Source: Alphaproteobacteria bacterium
GTDB taxonomy: Bacteria > Pseudomonadota > Alphaproteobacteria > Rs-D84
NCBI GenBank assembly: GCA_017392345.1
Contig: JAFOVN010000047.1
Span: forward strand, 1-38,406
DNA: 38,406 nt
Reading direction: 5' to 3'
The translations under genes and the position numbers were made by a program. The notes below the pieces were generated by a model. That model saw only the letters and a program-made list of their open reading frames with translations, was not told the DNA's origin and searched no databases. Below, one piece after another: positions 7,211-15,854 of this stretch (position 1 is its first letter; each line of letters starts with the position of its first letter).

Positions 7211-10200
7211 TTAGATACCAATCCGGTGCGCCATTTTCATCATAAATATAGATTCATTTCCAAATTCATGCGTATTATTTGGATTCACGCGATATATAAA
7301 CCCAATTGCCCCATCGGTAAATTCACCGATTTTTTGCCGATACGACGCGTTAAACCGAACCTCACGCGCGTCTGGTGCAATATCAATATCACGCACGCCG
7401 GCATTTGAAATTACCAAATCATATCGGTCTTCGTCATCAGTCACAATATCATAGTCGGCATAATCATAATACATCTTTCCATGGCGCACCGCCAACGGCA
7501 ACGACACCCCAAGCGAAAAATTATGTGCATCAACACCAAGCGAAAACGCATTCGAATCCAATTCAGAAAGCGATATTATCGCGCCACCATCCACACCCGG
7601 GGTCGTGCGCGCAAATGTTGCCCGCGCATGCGCACGCACATCATCAAACAAATTCCAATATACACCCGCATCAACATATCGCGTTTCCGCCGCCCCCAAT
7701 CCCAAAAGCCCAGTTCCCGACGCACCAAGCAATGTATCACTTTCATGCGCAACACCAAAACTTGTTGTCAAACCAAAATTCTTTGCGCGCCACCCAACAC
7801 TTGATTGCACCGCCGAAAAATTCCCCAACTTCATGGGTTCCAGGTTTGCCGAAATCGTCGGATCATTGGCAAGTAAACCTTCATCCGTAATCGCACCTGA
7901 AACACTGCGCGCACCAAAGAACAAATTACCATATTTATATTCCGCACCCACCGACGTCGCATTCGATGCAAGACCAAAAATCGGATTCGACGCACCACCG
8001 AATCGTGATTCCCCGTCCGTCAAATAACGCTGATAATCCGCAGAAATTTTCCAAGAATCATTTGCATATTCAAACCGCATATTATCAACACCGCCCATAC
8101 CGTCGTCATAGTTGCGTTCACCCCTTGTAAAACCAAACGACATATTTCCAACACGCGTCATATTATCGTCATTCGCACGCACACGCAAATCCGACAGAAC
8201 ATCCCCCATATAAAGCGCGTGCCGCCCATCCGACCCAAGTGAAAAATTATTTTTCCAAATACGCGGCAACCGCATTGTTCCATCCACACTTTCCAAGACA
8301 TCATATGCCGCGGTACTTATCGCGACGCGTCCCATATTCAACGCCCCCGAACCACGAAAACCCGTCGTTGTCGCCGCACGCCAATACGCATTACCCGACG
8401 TTGACACAATATCGCCACCGGAATAGAAATACAAATTTGTCCCTGGCGTTGTTGCACGTTCAAGATTTATTACACCATAACCAAAAACTTCCTTGAACAC
8501 ATCCAAATAGTTTTCATTATTGTTATCTATGCGCCACTGATACGACGCGGGCATTTCATACATCGATTGCAAGTGCGCGGCAAGCGCAGATTCCGTAAGT
8601 GTTTGTCCGGAACTAAGCCGCCCCAAATATGGTCCATCCGCCGTTAGTGCCATCAACATAAAAATTTGCTGTGGCGTCATATAGTAAAACGCAGACGTCA
8701 ACACCCCGGCCGCGCCCGCCGCCGCCGCGGTTGCCATTTCATCGGTCACACCAACCGCCGCAAAGCACCACGGATCAATTCCCGCACCACCTGTTCCGGC
8801 GGTACCACACGTGCGCGCCTTGTAATAAGTCATACCGTCTGTCGGGTCATTAACCGCCCATTGTGCCAACTGAAATTGATTCGTGTTTGTATCGGTGTTC
8901 GGCGCAATTCCGCTTTCGCCCGCCGTGGGCGCACCAACCGCAACAACCGACATAAACAAATGTTCAAGGTTCGAATAAACCAACGGCGCCGCATTTTCAA
9001 ATGTCGCGGTCATTGGCGCATCCGCCCAACCCGCATTTGTAATTGATGCACCCGTTGAAAAAACCGTCAATGGGGAATACGATACCCCAAGCGAATTAAA
9101 AAAAGATGTCGCGTTCGTTTGTGGTAAATTATTGCTATCCGTTGCACCATATGCACCCGCAATTAGATTTCCAAATGTTGTTTCGTAATTACCCGCACCG
9201 CCCGCAAGCACCGTTTGAATTGTTGCCGCACTTGTTAAATGCAACGGTTCAATCACATCGGTATTTGCGATAATGCTAACCCGTGAACGCCCGCCGGAAA
9301 CGTCCCCCGAACGCGCCGCCGCATTCACCATCGCGGAATAATTATAGTAATCCGTTTGCTGCAATTGTTTGTATTGAAGAATAGTCCCCGCGCTCATCAA
9401 ATATGCACCATCGGCACGCCCATCACCATCTGAATCAATATATAAATACGGATTACCAACACTCATATAACCGCGATAAGTATGCGTTTCATTTGACAGT
9501 GTCACCGCATAACCATTAACCGTCACATTCAATTCTTCACTAAACAACGTCACAGTATCACCTGTGGCAAGTTCCGTTCCGGCCATTGAACACGTTCCGA
9601 CTTCAAGTGGACTTGTCAATTCAACCATATGTGTTCCACCGCCGGTGCGATAAATTGTCATCTGGCCATTTGGCATAAAACCGATATAGTCCGCATTTGA
9701 ATATCCCGCGGTATTTCCACCAACAATCTTGGCCGAGACATTATCAACGGCCGTGGCCGCATTGTTATAAACCGCCGTCCCCGAATTAGATAAATCGAAA
9801 AAACTTAAAAAATTGGAATCTTCCACCGTCGTATCATCAGCCACAGACGACGCATCCGCCCCAGTTATAATTTTGTTATTGTAATACTTGCTGGAAATCA
9901 TTGTGTTGCTTGCCGGATTTAACGATGACGGCCCGTTTGTTGTTGTCCATATAACTAACTTGTCCGCCAATGATGTATTCGCCGCCGCATTCACACCGTT
10001 CGCCGTCACCAAGGCGACATTTACTGGCCGCCCACCTTCGACCGGGTCATTGCCCAAATTATAACCACTTAAACTGAGCGGTGCATACGTACTTGAATCA
10101 CGCAGTGTCCGCATTCCCAAATACCCGCGTGCAAGGGGCGAATACCCCCGCATCAATAACAAATAATTTTCTTGTTGATTCATAAATTGAAAGTTTTTAT

Positions 10201-10831
10201 ATAAAATACTTGTCGTATCCGCCGGGGCGTAATACGACAAATTTTCCGCATAGTTTTTACTTTCCGCCGCCGCATTTGGCAACAACGGCCCATACGGCAA
10301 ACCATTTGCAAACAAAGGCGCGACCGTTTCGGGGTTATCACCACCGCCACCGGAACCACCACCGCCACCGCCGGCACCACTGCCCGTGTATCCGTTATCG
10401 TTTTCCGCATCAAAAACATCGGTCAATAAAAAAAGTCCACCTACAACAACGGCGGCACCCGCCGCCGCCAATATCAGTCCCTGGGCGGTGGACAGCCCAC
10501 CGAACAACCCACCCGTTCGCTCTGGCGCGCGGCGGGACCTGTATTTTCTAATTTGTTGGTCACACTTTGATGCATCCGCACCATACATCTGTAAAATCTG
10601 GGCCGCACGCAGGTCATTATTCATGAGTGCCGTACAAACAAGTGACAACCCCGTCGAATCAACAAAGTTTATATTCGCACCCGCCGCAACCAACGATTGC
10701 ACCTGGCGAATATCGGCATTTCGCGCCGCGGCCAATAACTGTGACGCCACGGTAAATTCGGTGACAGGCGCCGCATGCACCGCAAACGGACACAAAAACA
10801 AAGCAAATACAACCAATCGTATGAATTTCAT
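7211..10831 (-). CDS. Large exported protein: ankyrin repeats + hydrophobic helix + degenerate S8 subtilase-like domain + probable C-terminal beta-barrel
   Basis: Signal peptide MKFIRLVVFALFLCPFAVHA (ATG 10831); ankyrin LLAAARNADIRQVQSLVAAGANINFVDSTG; S8-like ARGYLG, FMSVVAV, CG...WCFAAVG, FGYGVINLERATTP; amphipathic beta-rich C-terminus. Confidence 0.75.
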   Translation of the reverse strand: MKFIRLVVFALFLCPFAVHAAPVTEFTVASQLLAAARNADIRQVQSLVAAGANINFVDSTGLSLVCTALMNNDLRAAQILQMYGADASKCDQQIRKYRSRRAPERTGGLFGGLSTAQGLILAAAGAAVVVGGLFLLTDVFDAENDNGYTGSGAGGGGGGSGGGGDNPETVAPLFANGLPYGPLLPNAAAESKNYAENLSYYAPADTTSILYKNFQFMNQQENYLLLMRGYSPLARGYLGMRTLRDSSTYAPLSLSGYNLGNDPVEGGRPVNVALVTANGVNAAANTSLADKLVIWTTTNGPSSLNPASNTMISSKYYNNKIITGADASSVADDTTVEDSNFLSFFDLSNSGTAVYNNAATAVDNVSAKIVGGNTAGYSNADYIGFMPNGQMTIYRTGGGTHMVELTSPLEVGTCSMAGTELATGDTVTLFSEELNVTVNGYAVTLSNETHTYRGYMSVGNPYLYIDSDGDGRADGAYLMSAGTILQYKQLQQTDYYNYSAMVNAAARSGDVSGGRSRVSIIANTDVIEPLHLTSAATIQTVLAGGAGNYETTFGNLIAGAYGATDSNNLPQTNATSFFNSLGVSYSPLTVFSTGASITNAGWADAPMTATFENAAPLVYSNLEHLFMSVVAVGAPTAGESGIAPNTDTNTNQFQLAQWAVNDPTDGMTYYKARTCGTAGTGGAGIDPWCFAAVGVTDEMATAAAAGAAGVLTSAFYYMTPQQIFMLMALTADGPYLGRLSSGQTLTESALAAHLQSMYEMPASYQWRIDNNNENYLDVFKEVFGYGVINLERATTPGTNLYFYSGGDIVSTSGNAYWRAATTTGFRGSGALNMGRVAISTAAYDVLESVDGTMRLPRIWKNNFSLGSDGRHALYMGDVLSDLRVRANDDNMTRVGNMSFGFTRGERNYDDGMGGVDNMRFEYANDSWKISADYQRYLTDGESRFGGASNPIFGLASNATSVGAEYKYGNLFFGARSVSGAITDEGLLANDPTISANLEPMKLGNFSAVQSSVGWRAKNFGLTTSFGVAHESDTLLGASGTGLLGLGAAETRYVDAGVYWNLFDDVRAHARATFARTTPGVDGGAIISLSELDSNAFSLGVDAHNFSLGVSLPLAVRHGKMYYDYADYDIVTDDEDRYDLVISNAGVRDIDIAPDAREVRFNASYRQKIGEFTDGAIGFIYRVNPNNTHEFGNESIFMMKMAHRIGI

Positions 10832-10885
10832 AAATTCTCTCTGTATCACGCACCATTTTACCAAAAAATGAATATTATGTCTAGC

Positions 10886-10920
10886 AAAAAAATCGGGGCG
10901 GTTGCCCCGATTTATTTTTT
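10886..10920 (-). terminator. Intrinsic terminator after the 172-aa gene
   Basis: aaatcggggc-ggtt-gccccgattt with A/T flanks. Confidence 0.75.
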
Positions 10921-10934
10921 ATGATTAAAACCAA

Positions 10935-11453
10935 TTAACGACCATTGCAAGGCGTTTGATATGTGATCACAACCGTGCAATGTTTTTCAACAACCTCTGG
11001 CTTTGGTTCTGGTTTCGGTTCTGGCTTTGGTTCAATTACCGGTTCCGGTTGAACAACAGTCTTTTTAACAACCTTTTTCGGTTGCGGTCTTGTTGCACGT
11101 TCCCAAGTTTGTGTTCCACTATTGCGCGAAGAAACATTGTTACCATTACCCTTGGTAAAGTTGACATCATTGTTGTCACCTTCGACATTTATCATATCAC
11201 CACCGACATGATAATCTTTTTTGATAACATAAACTGTATCTTTTTTCGGTTCGACGACCGATTTATCACAATCAGCGCACCCCCGTTTACAACCACGCGG
11301 GAAACAACAAAGCAGAAAAGGTATCGCAAGCACCGCCGCCGACCCCAAAATCCAGGGACCCAATCCGGCCTTGGCATTATTAGTTTCGCGATTTTCTTGC
11401 GTTTCGTTTTCACGCACTTCATCGCAACGATTATCTTCCATATTTTGTGGCAT
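10935..11453 (-). CDS. Hypothetical single-pass membrane protein with Cys cluster and PEPK repeats
   Basis: TM WILGSAAVLAIPFLL followed by CCFPRGCKRGCADC; EPKPEPKPEPKPE near C-terminus; AAGGAGG RBS. Confidence 0.75.
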   Translation of the reverse strand: MPQNMEDNRCDEVRENETQENRETNNAKAGLGPWILGSAAVLAIPFLLCCFPRGCKRGCADCDKSVVEPKKDTVYVIKKDYHVGGDMINVEGDNNDVNFTKGNGNNVSSRNSGTQTWERATRPQPKKVVKKTVVQPEPVIEPKPEPKPEPKPEVVEKHCTVVITYQTPCNGR

Positions 11454-11485
11454 CTGTGCCTCCTTTGTTTTATTTGTTCACGAAT

Positions 11486-11563
11486 ATTATAGACAAATTT
11501 TTACCCTTGTCAATGGATTTGTTAAAAAAAATTTTTGCGCCCGCGGCGTTTTTCTGATATAAT
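11486..11563. promoter_or_regulatory. Divergent sigma70 promoter pair
   Basis: Minus: TTGACA-16-TATAAT (11513-11486); plus: TTGCGC-17-TATAAT (11535-11563). Confidence 0.7.
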
Positions 11564-11583
11564 GCAGAACAATAGGCAGGGAG

Positions 11584-12453
11584 ATGAAACGCCACAATAT
11601 ATTCTTTATCGCGACGATTTGCGCGGTTGCGCCGGTTTTGTGCGCGCACGCCGCGGTATCAAAGTGCCAAAAGACCAGCATGCAACGGTGTCTTGATTCC
11701 GCGTGTGCAATAAATATCGGCATGAATCCGTCCGCCCGGTGCCAGTATTGTGGCACATCCGCCGCCGGCAATCCACCATCGCAAAAGGGTTTATCAACAA
11801 TAACCGCGGGGCAATCAACAAAATATGTTTTAACCGACCGCGAACTGCGTGTTGCGCCGTCCGACCCGGGCCGACGGTATATCTGGGCCACAACCGAATG
11901 CATTAAACGGTTGCCCGATTGCACGGCGGACGATGTATCCGACATATACGACAAACTTATTGAACAATCGTGCAAGGCCGCGGGCATCAGCATGCAAACC
12001 GCAAGCGCGATGCAAACAATAAACAAAAAGCCGACAAAATCATCATGCAACGACGCACTTACCGTATGTATGAACAAAAAGTGCGGCACAACATTTGAAA
12101 ACTGTGCCGAAGACGCGATATTCACCCGTTCCATCGCCGAATGCGCGGCGGAATCGACGGGTTGCGACGATTACATTGCGGAATTTAGAACAAGCGTAAC
12201 AAACGACCGAAAAACCGCGGCGGCGCGGCGCGAAAGCGTGCTACAAAACCTGGTCAAAGATTATCAAAGTACGCGTGAATCCAAGGTTGCCGGTGCAAAA
12301 ACAAACTGTAAAAACAGAAAAACATTTGAAAACTGCGTCACCGCGACATGCAACAATAATATGCCAAACAAATGCGACAACAACAAAACCGAACGGTCAA
12401 TGGCGGAAAGGTTGTGTCAGTTCTATAAAACGGCATGCACGGTATTAAAATAA
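11584..12453 (+). CDS. Exported Cys-rich hypothetical protein A (289 aa)
   Basis: Signal peptide ending AHA; dense regularly spaced Cys; motif CNDALTVCMNKKCGTTFENC. Confidence 0.85.
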   Translation: MKRHNIFFIATICAVAPVLCAHAAVSKCQKTSMQRCLDSACAINIGMNPSARCQYCGTSAAGNPPSQKGLSTITAGQSTKYVLTDRELRVAPSDPGRRYIWATTECIKRLPDCTADDVSDIYDKLIEQSCKAAGISMQTASAMQTINKKPTKSSCNDALTVCMNKKCGTTFENCAEDAIFTRSIAECAAESTGCDDYIAEFRTSVTNDRKTAAARRESVLQNLVKDYQSTRESKVAGAKTNCKNRKTFENCVTATCNNNMPNKCDNNKTERSMAERLCQFYKTACTVLK

Positions 12454-12454
12454 A

Positions 12455-14482
12455 ATGAAAACGAATTTGAAAATTTTTTGCGGGCTTTCGATTTTCGCGA
12501 TTATTGCGGCGACAAACACATTACACGCGGCAACCACGTCCGTCGTCAACAACAAAACGTCACAGTTTAATGATGTACTGTCGGAAATGGGCGCAAATGC
12601 GACCGATTCGTCGAACGCCGCACTCGCCGAAACAATTCGGCGGCAACGCGCATTGCTTGATGCGGCGGGCGATACAGGTGCGACCACAACCGGCGGAACA
12701 AACATAACAACGGCGAACGCGTGCGACGCGGCATTGCGTAAATGTATGTCGGAAAAGTGCGGTGCGGATTTTACAAAGTGCGCATCGGATTCCACAACCG
12801 TTTGGGGCAACAAAATGGACGCGTGCCGTCGAAACACAAAATGCACCGGCCACGAATACACATTACTTGCGCCGGAAATCTTGGCGGACCGGGATGCGGC
12901 AATTGAACTTTCATATTATAATTCCGTTGTGAATTGTGGCAACCGCTATAACAATTGCATATTTGGAATTTGTGGCAAATCATTGGAAAATTGCCTTTCC
13001 AAATCCGCGGGCGACAGTGCGATTGCAAAATGCAAATCAATCGCCGACGAATGCCGTGAACAGGATAGTGGCCTTGCCGCACGCGTGATGGGCGTGTTTG
13101 GCGACCGGCGAAACATCGCCGCCACAGAGGCACAAAGGGACGAAAAACGCCTTTACGAATTGCGCGATTTAATGCGCACCCAATGCACACGATTCGGCGC
13201 AATGTTTGACGAAAGAACACTTGATTGCGTATATACCGTGAATTTCTTTGCGGGCGCGGACAACACACTTATGGCATCAAAGAAACTTTATTCCGGCGAC
13301 ACATTCCAATGCACACCGGATTGGTTTGGTGTTGATATCACAACATATATGGAAAATGCCCAAAGACTTACCCGGTCGCAAACATCCGCATCCGCGGCGG
13401 CAATGGGTGCGGGCCTTGGGACGGCGGCGTCACTTTGGACATCGGGCGCGGTGACACGTGCAATAGATACACAAAACGCAGAAAAACAGGCCAAAGAAAA
13501 ATGCACGGCCGTCGATGGCGAATGGGTCAGTGCCGGATTCAACCAAGGCAGCAAATGCGACATGCGCAAACCAAAGGCCAATTGCGAAGGCCAAGGTTAC
13601 ACATGGGACGACAAAACCGGCTGTTCCGGTGGGAACAATAACAGCACAAACAACAGCGGTAATAACCCCAACCCCACAGGTAACAAACCATATGATACAC
13701 TCACCAACATATTAAACAAAAACCAAGACCTTAGCAACACAATAGCCACCGTCGCAAATTGCATACAATATAATAATCAAACCGAATGCGAAAAAGCAGA
13801 TGGTTGTACCTGGGGCGCCCCAAATGAAGAAAGCCCAGACAGCAAAGGTTGTATCGCAAAAATAGATTCATCAACCGGGGGTGGGAGTAATTCGATAACA
13901 GATGATAAACAACTTAATAAAAACAATACCAAATCCGCTAAAGCTGATCTTGTAACTGTATCCACAAAGGTCACAACGATTGCTGGTAATAAAATATCCG
14001 CCACAGTAACATGTGGCGATATAGTTGGAAAACCGAACATATTGGGTAATATCGCCCTAAGAAACGTTCCAAAAAACACCACTTGCACGGTAAATGCAAA
14101 CAATTGTCAATCAACGACATTTAATATAGAAAATATTCCAAAAACCACAACACTTACCTGCGAAAAAATTGACGATTGTTTTGATTCCCATGGTAATTGG
14201 AAAAGCGATGCTTGCGATTGTGGAGACACAAGAAAATTGAATGGCACAAAATGCGAGAATAAAACAATAACCGAACTATGTGAAAAAGATTGTCAAAAAT
14301 ATGCGAAAGATTTGAACCAAAATAATCGATTTACACAAATTTCAACCACACGAGATTCAAATTGTTATTCTCATTGTGATGATGTGTTTAAAGAAAAATG
14401 TAACAGCATATCAGGGGTTTGGCAAATGACAAAAACATGCAATACTGATGCTTGCAAATACGAATGTCATTCCCCAAGATAG
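12455..14482 (+). CDS. Exported Cys-rich hypothetical protein B (675 aa) with glycine zipper
   Basis: Signal peptide; CDAALRKCMSEKCGADFTKC; AAAMGAGLGTAASLWTSGA; starts 1 bp after the previous stop. Confidence 0.85.
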   Translation: MKTNLKIFCGLSIFAIIAATNTLHAATTSVVNNKTSQFNDVLSEMGANATDSSNAALAETIRRQRALLDAAGDTGATTTGGTNITTANACDAALRKCMSEKCGADFTKCASDSTTVWGNKMDACRRNTKCTGHEYTLLAPEILADRDAAIELSYYNSVVNCGNRYNNCIFGICGKSLENCLSKSAGDSAIAKCKSIADECREQDSGLAARVMGVFGDRRNIAATEAQRDEKRLYELRDLMRTQCTRFGAMFDERTLDCVYTVNFFAGADNTLMASKKLYSGDTFQCTPDWFGVDITTYMENAQRLTRSQTSASAAAMGAGLGTAASLWTSGAVTRAIDTQNAEKQAKEKCTAVDGEWVSAGFNQGSKCDMRKPKANCEGQGYTWDDKTGCSGGNNNSTNNSGNNPNPTGNKPYDTLTNILNKNQDLSNTIATVANCIQYNNQTECEKADGCTWGAPNEESPDSKGCIAKIDSSTGGGSNSITDDKQLNKNNTKSAKADLVTVSTKVTTIAGNKISATVTCGDIVGKPNILGNIALRNVPKNTTCTVNANNCQSTTFNIENIPKTTTLTCEKIDDCFDSHGNWKSDACDCGDTRKLNGTKCENKTITELCEKDCQKYAKDLNQNNRFTQISTTRDSNCYSHCDDVFKEKCNSISGVWQMTKTCNTDACKYECHSPR

Positions 14483-14554
14483 GCAACGCTTCTTATTATT
14501 TCCACTTACACTAACACTTTTCACTAACTCTTCCCTGCCCTGCACAACCGGTCT

Positions 14555-14685
14555 CCCCTTCTTCCCAAGAAGGGGTGGATTGTGAGCAACGCGAACAAGA
14601 CGGGGTAATTCTTGGCGCACCGCGCCAACATGAACCCATACCCCCCGGCGGTTCCGCCGGACCCCTTTCCACAGGAAAGGGGACT
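14555..14685. repeat. Inverted pair of REP-like palindromes (CCCCTT...AAGGGG type)
   Basis: ccccttcttcccaagaaggggtgg...gacggggtaatt and acccataccccccggcggttccgccggacccctttccacaggaaagggga; homologues at 18361, 23708, 23775, 24858, 25243. Confidence 0.85.
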
Positions 14686-15724
14686 ACCCAACAACCACTC
14701 CAACTAACTCTTCCCTGCTCTTCACAACCACTATCCCGTCCGATGCCCATTCGGCGGAATTTTTATCCAAATCCATAATACTATCGGTCCCCAGGTACAA
14801 AATCGGTTTCAAACCACGTTCTTCCCGCGCCCGCCGCAATGCCACAATCGGCGAAGGCCGCTGTTTCCCCGCCGCAAACCAATCAATTTCGTCCGGCACC
14901 CAGAAATCTTCGTCATCGTGCACCGCAATCGCATAACCGTTCGCAACAATTAAATCATCATGCGCCTTGGCATCAATCCCCGCCGCACGCAGCCACGCAC
15001 ATACCTTTTCAACCGGGCTTTCGCCCGCGGGCGCGGCCCCGTCCGACGGCGCACCGTCATTATCATCATCAAAATTTATATCGGCAAAGACTGGCACATC
15101 CGCCGTATCCGCCGACGCATCCATATCAAAGTCCGTTGGTATCGGCATCGCACCATACGCCGCCACATCTTCGGATTTTGCCGCGCCCACCGGTTCGGCG
15201 ATTGGTTCACGCGCCGGCTCAACCGAACCCGCCGCCCCCACCGGCGCAACAGGCATCGCCGTATCTGGCCCTGGTACATTTTGGCGATTAAACACCGACA
15301 TTTGCCGCGCGCCATAGTTTTTCTGTGCCCGCATAAATGTTTCGCGCATCTCCATCGGCACACCCGCACGAACCGGCGGCAAAGTTTCCCGCGCCGTCAC
15401 AACCGGCACAACCGGTTCGGGCTTTGGGGCCGGCGCCGTTTCGGTTAAACACTTTGGCAACGGCAACTTAACCGGCATTTCTTTATTTCGCACCGTCAAC
15501 ACCGTTGTCGCAACATAAAGTGGCACCGCCGCCAAAACCAAGATTCCAAACACCGCACCCGCAAACCCATGCAATTGCAAATGTAAAAGTTTCGTCAAAT
15601 GCGCCACCGAAAACATATTAAAATTAAACAGCCCGCGCAAAATCGCCCACATCACGAACACATAAATCCCCGTCCACGCAACCGCGCGCCAAAAATTCGC
15701 AAAAGATTCCTTTTTATCACTCAT
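14684..15724 (-). CDS. Hypothetical membrane protein: 2 TM helices, Pro/Ala/Asp-rich linker, C-terminal globular domain
   Basis: Two N-terminal hydrophobic helices; C-terminal FW...WFAAGKQRPSPI segment. Confidence 0.8.
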   Translation of the reverse strand: MSDKKESFANFWRAVAWTGIYVFVMWAILRGLFNFNMFSVAHLTKLLHLQLHGFAGAVFGILVLAAVPLYVATTVLTVRNKEMPVKLPLPKCLTETAPAPKPEPVVPVVTARETLPPVRAGVPMEMRETFMRAQKNYGARQMSVFNRQNVPGPDTAMPVAPVGAAGSVEPAREPIAEPVGAAKSEDVAAYGAMPIPTDFDMDASADTADVPVFADINFDDDNDGAPSDGAAPAGESPVEKVCAWLRAAGIDAKAHDDLIVANGYAIAVHDDEDFWVPDEIDWFAAGKQRPSPIVALRRAREERGLKPILYLGTDSIMDLDKNSAEWASDGIVVVKSREELVGVVVG

Positions 15725-15735
15725 TTACACTAACT

Positions 15736-15828
15736 ATTATAGACATATTTTTCTTTCTGTCAATAAAGTATTTATTTTTATATTTTTTTCAAAAAACACT
15801 TTTTTATTACCTTTTTCTATGGTATAAT
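15736..15828. promoter_or_regulatory. Divergent promoter pair
   Basis: Minus: TTGACA-16-TATAAT (15763-15736); plus: extended -10 TGGTATAAT (15820-15828), AAGGAGG RBS before 15855. Confidence 0.65.
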
Positions 15829-15854
15829 GTCACAGATAGAAAGGAGGGTTTTTC

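Noticed and set aside
6970-7221. Alternative 83-aa ORF overlapping 6764-7162
   Set aside because: Spans the predicted promoter and overlaps a longer ORF that ends at the terminator; cannot be supported.
14411-14778. Short ORFs across the REP pair, and similarly 23587-24063 and 25024-25455
   Set aside because: The shared peptide FPxERGPAExPGGMG is simply translated repeat DNA.
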